DNA from: Gemmatimonadales bacterium | GTDB taxonomy: Bacteria > Gemmatimonadota > Gemmatimonadetes > Gemmatimonadales > GWC2-71-9 | Assembly: GCA_038321865.1 (NCBI GenBank) | Contig: JBBQFH010000008.1 | Coordinates: forward strand, 50,517 to 114,516 | DNA: 64,000 nt | Direction of reading: 5' to 3' | Shown here: one piece after another, positions 26,264 through 35,100 of the stretch | How positions within the stretch are numbered: the first letter of the stretch is position 1 | Layout: each line of letters starts with the position of its first letter | The notes under the pieces: generated by a model | What the model was told of the DNA's origin: nothing | The model's database searches: none | The model's input: the letters and a program-made list of their open reading frames with translations, nothing else | Made by a program: the position numbers and the translations under genes

Positions 26264-26587
26264 CTACTTCCGCAGGTCGCGCCGGAGCTCGCGGCGATCC
26301 TGCCGCCGGTCCGCCTGATCGGCCCGCACGTCCCGGTGATCCCGGCGCAGCTCCCGGACGTCACGCCGCATCGCCGCAGGCCGCCCCGCGCGGTGGTCCC
26401 GCCGGAGCTCACGCCGGTCCTGCCGGATTTCGGCCCGGTCGCTCCGCACCTCGCGGTGGTCCCGCCGGAGTTCCCGCCGATCGTGGCGAAGCTCGTGCGG
26501 GTGGGCCGGTGTGGCCTGAGCGGCCGCGGCGGCCGGGAGCCCGGCCAGCAGGCCCAGTGTCGCCGCAATCATGAGCGCGTGTCGCAT
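26264..26587 (-). CDS. Small secreted protein made of heptad repeats (ELRRDHR-like)
   Basis: SD GGAGGA and a signal peptide ending AAA-Q, followed by about ten [ED][LVI]RxDxR heptads; the DNA shows 21-nt periodicity. Confidence 0.8.
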   Translation of the reverse strand: MRHALMIAATLGLLAGLPAAAAAQATPAHPHELRHDRRELRRDHREVRSDRAEIRQDRRELRRDHRAGRPAAMRRDVRELRRDHRDVRADQADRRQDRRELRRDLRK

Positions 26588-26677
26588 ACGTCCTCCCGGT
26601 GGAGTGAGTTGGAGCGGCGCGGTGCGCGCCGGTCGACACTCAAAGGACGTCGACCGGACGCAGGCGTTAAGCCGGCC

Positions 26678-27763
26678 CTACCACCCTTCCGCGACCGCCT
26701 GCACCAGCGACCCCAGGCTCACCACGTCGCGCAGGTCGATCACCTCGGCCGGTGAGTGGGCGTATCGGAGCGGCCAGGCGAGCGGCACGTCCGGGACACC
26801 CCACGCAGCGAAGGCCGAGCCGTCGTTTCCGCCGTTGGTGGTGCCCACCTGCAGCGCGATGCCGCGCGCGTGCGCCAGCGAGACCAGCGAATCGAGCAGG
26901 GCCGGCGGAGTGACCGAGCTGTTGTCCACCGCCCGCGCGACCGCGCCCTGCCCCAGCGGGGTCACGGCGAAGGCAGGCAGCTCGAGCGGCGAATCGGCGG
27001 AGACGAACGTGTCGATCGCGTGCACCCGCGCGGCGGTGAGGCCCAGCTGTCGCGCCGCGGCGGCCGCCCCCTCGAGGCCGACCTCTTCCCGCACGCTCCA
27101 CACGAATACGACGCTGTGCCGGATTCGTGCGCGGTCCAGGTGGCGGACGGCGAGAATCTGTGCCGCCGAACCGACGCGATCATCGAACGACCGTCCGGTC
27201 GCACGGGTACCGAGCAGCCGGACGTATTGCTTCGGCATCGTGACCGTGCTGCCGACCCTGACCCCCAGCCGCTCGGTCGCCGCGCGCGAGTTGCTCCCGA
27301 CGTCGACGCGGAACGGCGGCGGTGTGCGCCGCGGGGAATCGCCCACTGAATCGCGCGGCATGAAGATTCCGGGCACCGTCGTGCTGCCGGTCTGAACCAG
27401 CGCGGGCCTCGCCTCGAACAGTGAGGGAAAGAATCCGCCCAGCGAGCGAAGCTCCAGCGTGCCGTCGTCCCGGATCGCGGTGACGCGGTAGCCGATCTCA
27501 TCGGTGTGCGCCACGAAGACCACCGTCGGCTCGCCTTTGCCGATCCGAAGCCAGAGGTTGCCGGCGGTATCCGTTTCGGTTCGGGCCCACGCCGGAAGCA
27601 GCCGCCTGACGGTTTCGCGCACCGGCCCCTCCATGCCCGACGGCCCGTAGCTTTCGACCAGCGCCGCCAGGACCTGCTGCGCTTCCGGCACGGCGATCGC
27701 CGTCTGCTGTGCGGCGGCGGCGGTGGGCACCGACAACAGGACGCCAAGCAGCAGGGCTCTCAT
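26678..27763 (-). CDS. M42 (TET-like) aminopeptidase with signal peptide
   Basis: GPSGME, AHTDEIG, FDDRVG, REEVG, AIDT, GGNDG and RYAHSP: all metal ligands present. ATG at 27763. Confidence 0.9.
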   Translation of the reverse strand: MRALLLGVLLSVPTAAAAQQTAIAVPEAQQVLAALVESYGPSGMEGPVRETVRRLLPAWARTETDTAGNLWLRIGKGEPTVVFVAHTDEIGYRVTAIRDDGTLELRSLGGFFPSLFEARPALVQTGSTTVPGIFMPRDSVGDSPRRTPPPFRVDVGSNSRAATERLGVRVGSTVTMPKQYVRLLGTRATGRSFDDRVGSAAQILAVRHLDRARIRHSVVFVWSVREEVGLEGAAAAARQLGLTAARVHAIDTFVSADSPLELPAFAVTPLGQGAVARAVDNSSVTPPALLDSLVSLAHARGIALQVGTTNGGNDGSAFAAWGVPDVPLAWPLRYAHSPAEVIDLRDVVSLGSLVQAVAEGW

Positions 27764-28677
27764 TGCCGTCCTCCCAGCCAGCGGCGCAGTTGGTCTGCCA
27801 GGGTCCCGACGTCGCGCAGGGCGATCGTCTCGACCGGTGTGCCCGCGTACCGCACCGTGACGCCGATTCGATGGACCCGGCCCAGGCCGGTTGCGGCTCT
27901 GCTGAGCGCCGAATCGGCGCCCTCGTACGGCGCGCCAGGAGCCCCGGCAGTACCGTCCACAATGAGCGTCTCGGTGAACGGCCCATATTCGTGCATCAGG
28001 GTGAGCAGCCCTCGAGCCGCCAGGTTCTGCTCGGTCAGAAAGGCGATGACCGTGGTGCCCGACCCGGAGGCGATCGGTTCCCGCGCGGCGGCGACCAGCG
28101 CAGCGCAGCTGGCCCGGCGGCCGGCCACCGGCGCGGCCAGCAGCGAGTCGCCGTAGTGATGCGGGCGCTTCGCCAGCGCGACCGGGGAGAGCAATTCGAC
28201 TCCGGCCGCCAGCGCCTGCGCCCCGCTGACCGCGCCGATATCCACGTAGGCGTTGTCCGCGGTGAAGGGATCCTCGGCGGTGGTGCGGCCGCGGGTCAGG
28301 TGCACCGAGCGCACCCCGACGACGGCGGGCAGCGGGCCGTGGCGTCCCCACACCGTGACGCGCTGCCCCTCGAGCTGCTGATCGGCGAGGGGCGGAACCC
28401 GGCCGGGAACGCGATGCAGCGTGAGCCACCCGTCGGGCCGGATCCCGCCGACTACGTACCCGGGCTCATCCAGCGGGCAGGCGACGAGCCGGGCCGGCGC
28501 GCCGGAGCCGCGCCGCAGGACCACGCTGCCCGACCGGTCTCGCGCCGAACCGGGAACGATGGGCAGCAGCGAGTCGGCGACCGCCTGTTCGTAGCCGGTG
28601 ATCGCCGTCATGCCGGCGAGGCGCACGGCGAGCGCCGCGGGCGAGCTGGTTTGCAGCTGGAGCAGGAGGAGGAGCAT
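27760..28677 (-). CDS. M42-fold paralogue lacking catalytic/metal residues
   Basis: Colinear with the downstream M42 (ITGYE, CPLDEPG, YVDIGA, RYAGTPVE), but His, Asp-Asp, Glu-Glu and the final His are substituted. Confidence 0.75.
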   Translation of the reverse strand: MLLLLLQLQTSSPAALAVRLAGMTAITGYEQAVADSLLPIVPGSARDRSGSVVLRRGSGAPARLVACPLDEPGYVVGGIRPDGWLTLHRVPGRVPPLADQQLEGQRVTVWGRHGPLPAVVGVRSVHLTRGRTTAEDPFTADNAYVDIGAVSGAQALAAGVELLSPVALAKRPHHYGDSLLAAPVAGRRASCAALVAAAREPIASGSGTTVIAFLTEQNLAARGLLTLMHEYGPFTETLIVDGTAGAPGAPYEGADSALSRAATGLGRVHRIGVTVRYAGTPVETIALRDVGTLADQLRRWLGGRQ

Positions 28678-28787
28678 GCAATCGTCCGGTGGTGGATGTG
28701 GCGCGACGCGACGCGGCCCTCTTCGGCGCGTACCGAGGAGGGCCGGACAGCCACGCCATGGTGGCTGCAGCGCAGAGCGTGATTACG

Positions 28788-29114
28788 TCAGCTCTCCTCG
28801 TTCGTCATCGCGGTGCCGGTGTCGAGATCGTGCACGTACAACGCCGATCCGTAACCGCCCGGCGACTCGTCGATGACCCGGCGCAGCAGGTCGAGAGCGT
28901 CGGAAAGCGATTGGGTGAAGGCGTACTCCAGTGCCGACGGCACCGGTTCGCCTTCGCGGGACTCCGGAAGATACGCGGCCAGGAAGCGGTCGACGACGGC
29001 GGGTTGCAGGTCGGTGTGCTGGGACGGGGGCAGTCCATGGCGGCGTTCGATTTCCCGCAGGAGGCGCTCAGCCATGACGAGGCGTTCCTGCTCGAGGGCG
29101 ACAGTCAGCATCAC
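28788..29114 (-). CDS. Hypothetical acidic protein
   Basis: 108-aa ORF with SD GAGGGA, normal composition, fills the gap; no recognised motif. Confidence 0.55.
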   Translation of the reverse strand: MMLTVALEQERLVMAERLLREIERRHGLPPSQHTDLQPAVVDRFLAAYLPESREGEPVPSALEYAFTQSLSDALDLLRRVIDESPGGYGSALYVHDLDTGTAMTNEES

Positions 29115-29254
29115 ATTGGTCCCTCAGCTGGCAGAGGCGGCCCCTGGAGCGCGGCCGGCGACGTGGGAGGAATTCGTGGCGGCTCCAGCCGCCGTTTCTA
29201 CCATCGCTGTCGGCGGAGCCCCGCGACAGAGAATAAATCCCGAACCGAACAGTT

Positions 29255-30409
29255 CTACCTTGACGTCGGAACCCCGGCGGGGGCACGGCGGACCCCTGTC
29301 AGGATTGTCTCCATGAGCGGGAAGTAGACCCGCCAGTAGAACAGGTTGGTCACGCTCTGGAAGGCGGGCGGCATCCATCTCGCCGTGGCCGCCGCGCCGC
29401 GGTATCGGGTCCACGCCGGGACGAAGCGGTTGTCGGCGAAGTCACCGGCGAAATAGAAGATGGGTGCGACGGGCCCCTCCCGCCGCAGGATGGCGGGGAA
29501 ACGAGCGGGGATGCCGGCGGTCGCGAGGAGCTTCTGTCCACGGTAGGTCAGCGCCAGGTCGTAATGCGCCTCGACCGCCGTTCCTGCGTGGGGCACCACG
29601 ATGTCGAACCAGTAATGATAGGGAACACGATCGGCGGTGTGATATGCCCGGGCCCGACCGGGCGCGAACACCAACGATGCCGCATCGGACGAGGCGTCGG
29701 GCCCCTCCGCCAGCACGAGCAGACGCCCGCTCTCGTGCACGAACAGGAAACCCGGGCCGGCGAAAGGCCATGGCTGTCCGTACTGGCGGGCGTAATCGGT
29801 CACCGCCCATATCGGCACCTCGACGTTGGCGGTCAGGTCGTCGAAACGGCGACCGATCCAGCCGGTCCACGTGACGCCGAACAGCTCTTCGAGCCCGGCG
29901 CGCGCACTCCCTTCAGTCGGGCTGGCGAAGCTGTTGAATTCGCCGATGAGCGCCGCGCCGGCGGCCACGCCCTGGCGGATCGAGGCGACTTCAGCGCCGG
30001 AGAGACCGCCATAGATCTTCCGCGAGTGGGTGCCGGCGAGGTTGAGCTGCTCGAAGTCGTCGACGTATACGCCATAGGTGTCGGCGAGGTAGATCAGCGC
30101 GTAACCGCGCATGCTCTCCGGGAGCGGTCGGATCGCGTAGCGCTTACCGGGCAGCGGGACAAAACCCGCATAATCGGCCTGGTAGCTCCACGGCTGGCCG
30201 TCCGGCCGAACGTACCGCAGATGATTGAGCGTCCACATGAGGCCGGTGTGTTCGCGATCGGAGTCGTCGGGCACGGTCTTGTCCACGATCAGCGCGGCCA
30301 GCGGCTTGGCGGGGATCAGGTACCAGGCGGCCCATGGAAGCGCAAATGCGCCGACGAGGATCGCGGCCGCGACGATCACCCAGCCGAGCTGTCGCCGCCG
30401 ATCGCTCAC
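29255..30409 (-). CDS. Membrane-anchored hypothetical exported protein
   Basis: N-terminal TM helix, then DKTVP...REH..W.LNH, YLADTYGVY, GEFNSFASPT, W.GWIGR, Y.YWFDIV and YFAGDFAD. Coupled to the upstream hydrolase by a GTGA overlap. Confidence 0.75.
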   Translation of the reverse strand: MSDRRRQLGWVIVAAAILVGAFALPWAAWYLIPAKPLAALIVDKTVPDDSDREHTGLMWTLNHLRYVRPDGQPWSYQADYAGFVPLPGKRYAIRPLPESMRGYALIYLADTYGVYVDDFEQLNLAGTHSRKIYGGLSGAEVASIRQGVAAGAALIGEFNSFASPTEGSARAGLEELFGVTWTGWIGRRFDDLTANVEVPIWAVTDYARQYGQPWPFAGPGFLFVHESGRLLVLAEGPDASSDAASLVFAPGRARAYHTADRVPYHYWFDIVVPHAGTAVEAHYDLALTYRGQKLLATAGIPARFPAILRREGPVAPIFYFAGDFADNRFVPAWTRYRGAAATARWMPPAFQSVTNLFYWRVYFPLMETILTGVRRAPAGVPTSR

Positions 30410-31047
30410 GCGGACCTCCCGGAGCCATCGGCGGCCAGCCAGACCTGCGCCACAGCGACGTCTCCCGGGGTGAGCTGGTGTCCCGCATTCTCCCAGTGAA
30501 GGGTGACGTCCGCTCCGCCCGCCGCGAGCAGTGTGGCGAGTTGCTCGGCCTGTGCCGGCGCCATGAGCGGATCGGCCCGACCCGACAGGAGCAGCACCCG
30601 GACGGCATGGAGCTCCGCCACGGACTCGGGCACCAGCGGCACCATGGCCCGGATGAGCACCGCCTGCTGGACCGGCTGCGGGCGGAGCAGCAGCAGCGCG
30701 GCCGCGATGTTGGCCCCATTGGAGAAGCCGACCGCCACCACCCGCTCACGGTCGAACTGGTAGACCGCCGACGCATGATCGATGAAATCGGCGAGCCCCG
30801 CAGTCTGCCGCCGAATGTCGGGCTCGTCGAACACCCCTTCGGCGAGGCGCCGGAAGAACCTCGGCATCCCCTGCTCCAGCACCCGGCCGCGGGGGCTGAG
30901 CAGCGCGGCGCCCGGCAGCAGCGCCTGTCCCAGCGGGATCAGATCGTTCTCGTCGCCACCGGTGCCGTGCAGCAGCAGCACCGTGCGGGACTCGCCGGGT
31001 TGCCCCGGCACGAAGCGATGGACGAATCCCAGATCCACCTCGGTCAT
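30406..31047 (-). CDS. Phospholipase/carboxylesterase (MhqD-like alpha/beta hydrolase)
   Basis: LLHGTGGDENDL, SPRG, RFFRR, GFSNGANIA and AGHQL; SD GGAGG. Confidence 0.9.
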   Translation of the reverse strand: MTEVDLGFVHRFVPGQPGESRTVLLLHGTGGDENDLIPLGQALLPGAALLSPRGRVLEQGMPRFFRRLAEGVFDEPDIRRQTAGLADFIDHASAVYQFDRERVVAVGFSNGANIAAALLLLRPQPVQQAVLIRAMVPLVPESVAELHAVRVLLLSGRADPLMAPAQAEQLATLLAAGGADVTLHWENAGHQLTPGDVAVAQVWLAADGSGRSA

Positions 31048-31264
31048 GGTCGCCTCCCGGCCGACCGTCGGGCAGGGGGGTCGGCAAGGCCGGTGCTCCC
31101 GGACGTGCAGACGCACGTAACCCGTAGCGCTAGATAGGGATCCGTCAGCAATGCCCCGATGCCGACCGTCGGCAGCAGACGCGGGAGGAGGGTCATGAAG
31201 GCTCGTAAAGGGTCGGGATACGATTAACTTAGCTGGGCTCAGGACTTGCGCCCAGATGGTTCAG

Positions 31265-31280
31265 TGTGACATTACTCACG
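31265..31280. promoter_or_regulatory. CRP/FNR-family-like binding site upstream of ompA1
   Basis: TGTGA-cattac-TCACG matches TGTGA-N6-TCACA at 9/10 positions, within a lower-GC divergent intergenic region. Confidence 0.45.
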
Positions 31281-31382
31281 GTCCCCAGACGGGGTTGATG
31301 CCATAATGTGCGCGTTAGCAGGTCTAAAATCCTGGCGGCCCGTGGCCGGCCGGGACTTGTCCCACCCCATCCGTGGAGTTAC

Positions 31383-32720
31383 ATGATGAAGTTTCGCGCT
31401 TTCGTACTGCCTTGCCTGCTGTCAGCGGGGTTGCTCGTGCCGGCTGCCCAGGCCCAGCGTGGGGGTACAGTTGAATTCGGACTGTACGCTCGCAAGAACT
31501 GGTTCGGTCAAAGCTACGGTCTTCACCAGACGGCGGGAGGCGGCGCGCGACTCGGCTTCTTCCTGGTTCGTGGGCTCGAGCTCGAGGCCAACGCCGCCTA
31601 CACGCCGACACGCCTTCTCGGCAGCGAAGAGCAGATCCGGGCGATGCGGCTCAACGGCCTGCTGAGCTACAGCATCCCGCTGAGCGACCATGCCGCGTTC
31701 ATCCTCGGCGGCGGGTATACGTACGACAAATACAAGTTCCGTCAGCTGGGCACGGGGCAGAAGTTCGTGTCCTACGGACATGACACCGGACCGTCGGGCC
31801 TGCTCGGCCTGCGCCTCGGTCTCGGCGGGAATCTGTCGATCCGGCTCGACGCGACGGTCGATCAGATCACCAAGACGGATACGCTGCTCGCCTACAACAT
31901 CAAGAAGGACCAGCACTGGGGTGCCCAGGCCGGTCTCTCCTTCCTGTTCGGCAACCGCGGCGAAGGCTTCAAGGGCGGCAAGGACGCTGATGGCGACGGC
32001 GTGATGGACAGCGCCGACCAGTGCCCGGACACGCCGAAGGGCACGCAGGTCAACAGCTCGGGTTGCCCGATGGTCGCGACCCCGGTCATGAATGCCGATT
32101 CGATGCGGCTCGCGGCCCAGGCCGACTCGATGCGGATGAAGATGCACGCTGATTCCGTCGCCGCGCAGATGCGTGCGGATTCGATGGCGGCCGAAGCGGC
32201 GCGCATGAAGGCCCAGAAGGACAGCATGGATGCGGCAGTCGCTGCCAACGAGGCCCGGATTTCGGCTCTCGAGGACAGCCTCAAGTCGGCTCGTGGTGCG
32301 GCGCTCCGCGCTTCGCTGCGTGACTCGCTGGCCGCGGCCCGGATGCGTGACAGCCTGCGCATTCTCATGGCCACGCCGAATGCCAAGCTGATCCTGCAGG
32401 GCGTGAACTTCGCGACCAACTCCTCGAAGCTGACGCAGAGCTCCGAGTTCATCCTGAACGAAGTGGCCAAGTCGCTCGTGGACAACCCGAACGTCCGGGT
32501 ACGCGTCGGCGGTCACACGGACAATACCGGCTCGCGGGCGCTGAACGAGCGGCTGTCACAGGCTCGTGCCGAATCGGTCAAGCAGTATCTCACCGACCAC
32601 GGCGTCGCGGCGGATCGCATGGAAGCCCAGGGCTTTGCCTGGGACCAGCCGGTTGCCTCGAACAAGACGGTTACCGGGCGGGCTCGTAACCGCCGGACGC
32701 AGCTTGACCGCCTGAACTAG
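31383..32720 (+). CDS. OmpA-family outer membrane protein (beta-barrel + TSP3 repeat + helical linker + OmpA_C)
   Basis: Signal peptide, beta-barrel pattern, DADGDGVMDSADQCP, repeated xDS[MVL] linker, GHTDNTG..N..LSQARA and NRR. Confidence 0.92.
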   Translation: MMKFRAFVLPCLLSAGLLVPAAQAQRGGTVEFGLYARKNWFGQSYGLHQTAGGGARLGFFLVRGLELEANAAYTPTRLLGSEEQIRAMRLNGLLSYSIPLSDHAAFILGGGYTYDKYKFRQLGTGQKFVSYGHDTGPSGLLGLRLGLGGNLSIRLDATVDQITKTDTLLAYNIKKDQHWGAQAGLSFLFGNRGEGFKGGKDADGDGVMDSADQCPDTPKGTQVNSSGCPMVATPVMNADSMRLAAQADSMRMKMHADSVAAQMRADSMAAEAARMKAQKDSMDAAVAANEARISALEDSLKSARGAALRASLRDSLAAARMRDSLRILMATPNAKLILQGVNFATNSSKLTQSSEFILNEVAKSLVDNPNVRVRVGGHTDNTGSRALNERLSQARAESVKQYLTDHGVAADRMEAQGFAWDQPVASNKTVTGRARNRRTQLDRLN

Positions 32721-32735
32721 ACGGTCCGCTCTACG

Positions 32736-32786
32736 GAAGACGGCGCCGCGCACGATCCCTCGGGATCGGGCGCGGCGTTCTTCTTT
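32736..32786 (+). terminator. Rho-independent terminator after ompA1
   Basis: Long hairpin GCGCCGCGC-a-CGATCCC/tc/GGGATCG-g-GCGCGGCGT followed by TCTTCTTT. Confidence 0.8.
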
Positions 32787-32881
32787 GGGCTGTCGCTGGC
32801 CGCGCGCCGCTGCGCCGCTTACCTTAACTGCCACGATCTTCGCCCGTCCCGGTGCCACCGCCCCAAATTCAGGAGAGTGCT

Positions 32882-34177
32882 ATGCGGCGTCGTTCCGTTG
32901 CCTTTGCGACGGCCCTCGCGTGCCTGACCGCCGGCTCGGCTGCCGCGCAGGACGCCGGAACCGTCGAGCTAGGCGTGTTTGGCCGGTACACCAGCTTTTC
33001 GTCGAGCGGCGTTCCGCTGACCAACTATGCCGGCATCGGATTCCGCGCCGGATACTTTCTGTCACCCATGCTTTCCCTCGAGGCTGACGTCTCGCGCACC
33101 CGGAGCCACAACCGGTTCGCCAATGCCGGCTGGGTGACGTACTACCCGTATCATCTTCGCGGCGTCGTCCACCTTCCGTTCAGCAACCGCCTCAGCGGCA
33201 TGCTGGGCCTCGGCCCGGTCATCAACAGCTACCGGCGGTCAGGGCACGACAGCGATCTCGGCATCGGTGGGCTGGCGGGAGTGCGGATCGGCCTCACGCG
33301 GATGATCGCGCTGCGGCTGGACGCCACCGCGGATTACGCCCTGCACCGGGCGACGGGCGGCGATCGCTACTGGAATTTCGGAACGCAGGCCGGCATCAGC
33401 GTGCTGCTCGGCACGAAACGCGGGGAGAGTGGCGCGGCGGATGCGGACGGCGACGGGATCAGCAATGCGCTCGACCGGTGCCCGGGCTCGCCGGCCGGTA
33501 GCGCAGTGGACCCGAGCGGCTGCACCCAGCGTGCCGATACCGACCGGGACGGCGTGATCGACATCAACGATCTCTGCCCCAACACGCCGAGCGGCGCGAA
33601 GGTAGACGCCAACGGGTGCTCCGGCACCGAGCCGAAGGACCAGGGAAACGCGGCGGCTCCCGCGGCCGGATCCACGGCGGACAGCGACAACGACGGCATC
33701 ATGGACTCGGCAGACAAGTGCCCGAACACGCCCGCGGGCCAGCACGTGGACACGAATGGCTGCGCGATGGGCATGGATGCCGACGGGGACGGGGTCATGG
33801 ATGACCGGGACCGCTGCCCGAGCAGCCGCCCCGGTGAGGCGGTGGATGCGACCGGCTGCCGGGCGATATTCGCGGCGGGACAGACGGTCATGGCGGTCGA
33901 GGACGTAACCTTCGAGCACGGCGGCAGCACCCTGACCGATCGGGCCCGGCAGACGCTGTATCAGGTGGCGCAGTCGCTGGCCGCACACGCCGCAACGGCA
34001 GTCGAGGTCGCCGGCTTCGGCGACGCCGCAGGCGACACCCAGCTGGGCCAGGCACGCGCCGACACGGTGCGGGCCTACCTGATGCAGAACGGCGTCGCCG
34101 AGGCACAGCTCACCGCGAAGGGCTACGCTCCGGCTGAGCCCGCGGCGGCGGGACGGATCGAGCTCCGACAGAAGTAA
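32882..34177 (+). CDS. OmpA-family protein with four thrombospondin type-3 repeats and a degenerate OmpA_C domain
   Basis: SD AGGAGAG, signal peptide, beta-barrel, four DxDxDG..D.CP...GC repeats and a shortened C-terminal domain. Confidence 0.88.
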   Translation: MRRRSVAFATALACLTAGSAAAQDAGTVELGVFGRYTSFSSSGVPLTNYAGIGFRAGYFLSPMLSLEADVSRTRSHNRFANAGWVTYYPYHLRGVVHLPFSNRLSGMLGLGPVINSYRRSGHDSDLGIGGLAGVRIGLTRMIALRLDATADYALHRATGGDRYWNFGTQAGISVLLGTKRGESGAADADGDGISNALDRCPGSPAGSAVDPSGCTQRADTDRDGVIDINDLCPNTPSGAKVDANGCSGTEPKDQGNAAAPAAGSTADSDNDGIMDSADKCPNTPAGQHVDTNGCAMGMDADGDGVMDDRDRCPSSRPGEAVDATGCRAIFAAGQTVMAVEDVTFEHGGSTLTDRARQTLYQVAQSLAAHAATAVEVAGFGDAAGDTQLGQARADTVRAYLMQNGVAEAQLTAKGYAPAEPAAAGRIELRQK

Positions 34178-35054
34178 TCATGACGACCGCCGCGACGATG
34201 ATCGCCGCGGCGATGAGGGTTCGGGCGCTCAAGGGCTCGCCGGCGAGCGCCCAGCCGAGGATGACTGCGACGGCCGGATTGACGTAGGCATAGGTGGACA
34301 CTCGGGCCGGCGTCGAGACGCCGAGCAGCCACACGAAGGCCGTGAACGCGATCAACGACCCGAAGACGATGAGGTACAGCATCGCCAGCGCCGACCGGAG
34401 TGTCACTCCGGCCGGTGCGAACGCGGCAAGCTCTCCCGACACCAGCCCGCCCAGCAGCAAGCCGACACCTCCGCTCAGCATCTCCATCGCCGTCGCCAGC
34501 TGTGGTGAGCGGGGCAATGGCGCGCGCTTCGAGTAGACCGAGCCGACCGACCAGGCGATCGACCCGAACGTGAGCGCCATGGCGGCCACCGGGTCGATTC
34601 TCGCCCCGCCCGCGATCCGTCCCGGCGCCACCAGCAGCGCGACGCCCCCGAGCCCGACCAGCAGCCCGACTACGACTCCGCCGGTCGGCCGATGCCCGCC
34701 GGGCCGAATCCACTCCACCACCACTGTCCAGACCGGAACGGTCGCCACCACCAGGGCGACGAGACCCGACGGCACCCGCTGCTCCGACCACACCACGGCA
34801 CCGTTGCCGAAGGTCAGGAGGAGCGCCCCGATTGCGGCCGCGCCAAGCCAGTTTCGCCGGGTGGGCGCCGGTACGCCGCGGGCTCGGGCCCATATGAACA
34901 ACACGGCGCCCGCGATGATGAATCGCGTCCCCGCCATCAGGAATGGCGGCAGGGTGTCGATGGCGAGCCGGATGGCGAGGTAGGTGGAGCCCCAGATCAG
35001 ATAGATCGCCGCGAAGGCGGCGATCACGCGAGCGCGGCTGGGGCTGCTTGGCAT
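34110..35054 (-). CDS. EamA/DMT-family transporter (YedA-like)
   Basis: IYLIWGSTYLAI, RF..AG, YLIVFGS..AF and STYAYVNPAVAV; about 10 TMs. Confidence 0.92.
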   Translation of the reverse strand: MPSSPSRARVIAAFAAIYLIWGSTYLAIRLAIDTLPPFLMAGTRFIIAGAVLFIWARARGVPAPTRRNWLGAAAIGALLLTFGNGAVVWSEQRVPSGLVALVVATVPVWTVVVEWIRPGGHRPTGGVVVGLLVGLGGVALLVAPGRIAGGARIDPVAAMALTFGSIAWSVGSVYSKRAPLPRSPQLATAMEMLSGGVGLLLGGLVSGELAAFAPAGVTLRSALAMLYLIVFGSLIAFTAFVWLLGVSTPARVSTYAYVNPAVAVILGWALAGEPLSARTLIAAAIIVAAVVMITSVGARSVPPPRAQPERSPSR

Positions 35055-35100
35055 GCGACAAGATAATGGCGGCGGGCTCCGGGGCGTCGTAGCTTGCGTG

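Noticed and set aside
26270..26500. Possible CRISPR or DNA tandem repeat array
   Set aside because: The 21-nt periodicity is degenerate, has no spacers, and is explained by a heptad-repeat protein.
16880..26587. LysW/LysX carrier-protein route for arginine synthesis
   Set aside because: There is no small Zn-ribbon protein ending in EDWGE and no ATP-grasp ligase. The small upstream ORF has a signal peptide and is separated by a hairpin.
29114..29260. In-frame TGA readthrough/selenocysteine or a riboswitch upstream of the 108-aa ORF
   Set aside because: The TGA is in frame but overlaps a good SD (GAGGGA) for the downstream start. The upstream peptide is low-complexity, and I recognise no SECIS or riboswitch consensus.
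33430..33860. Repeated GACGGCGACGG-like units
   Set aside because: These are coding TSP3 repeats of OmpA2, not a non-coding repeat.
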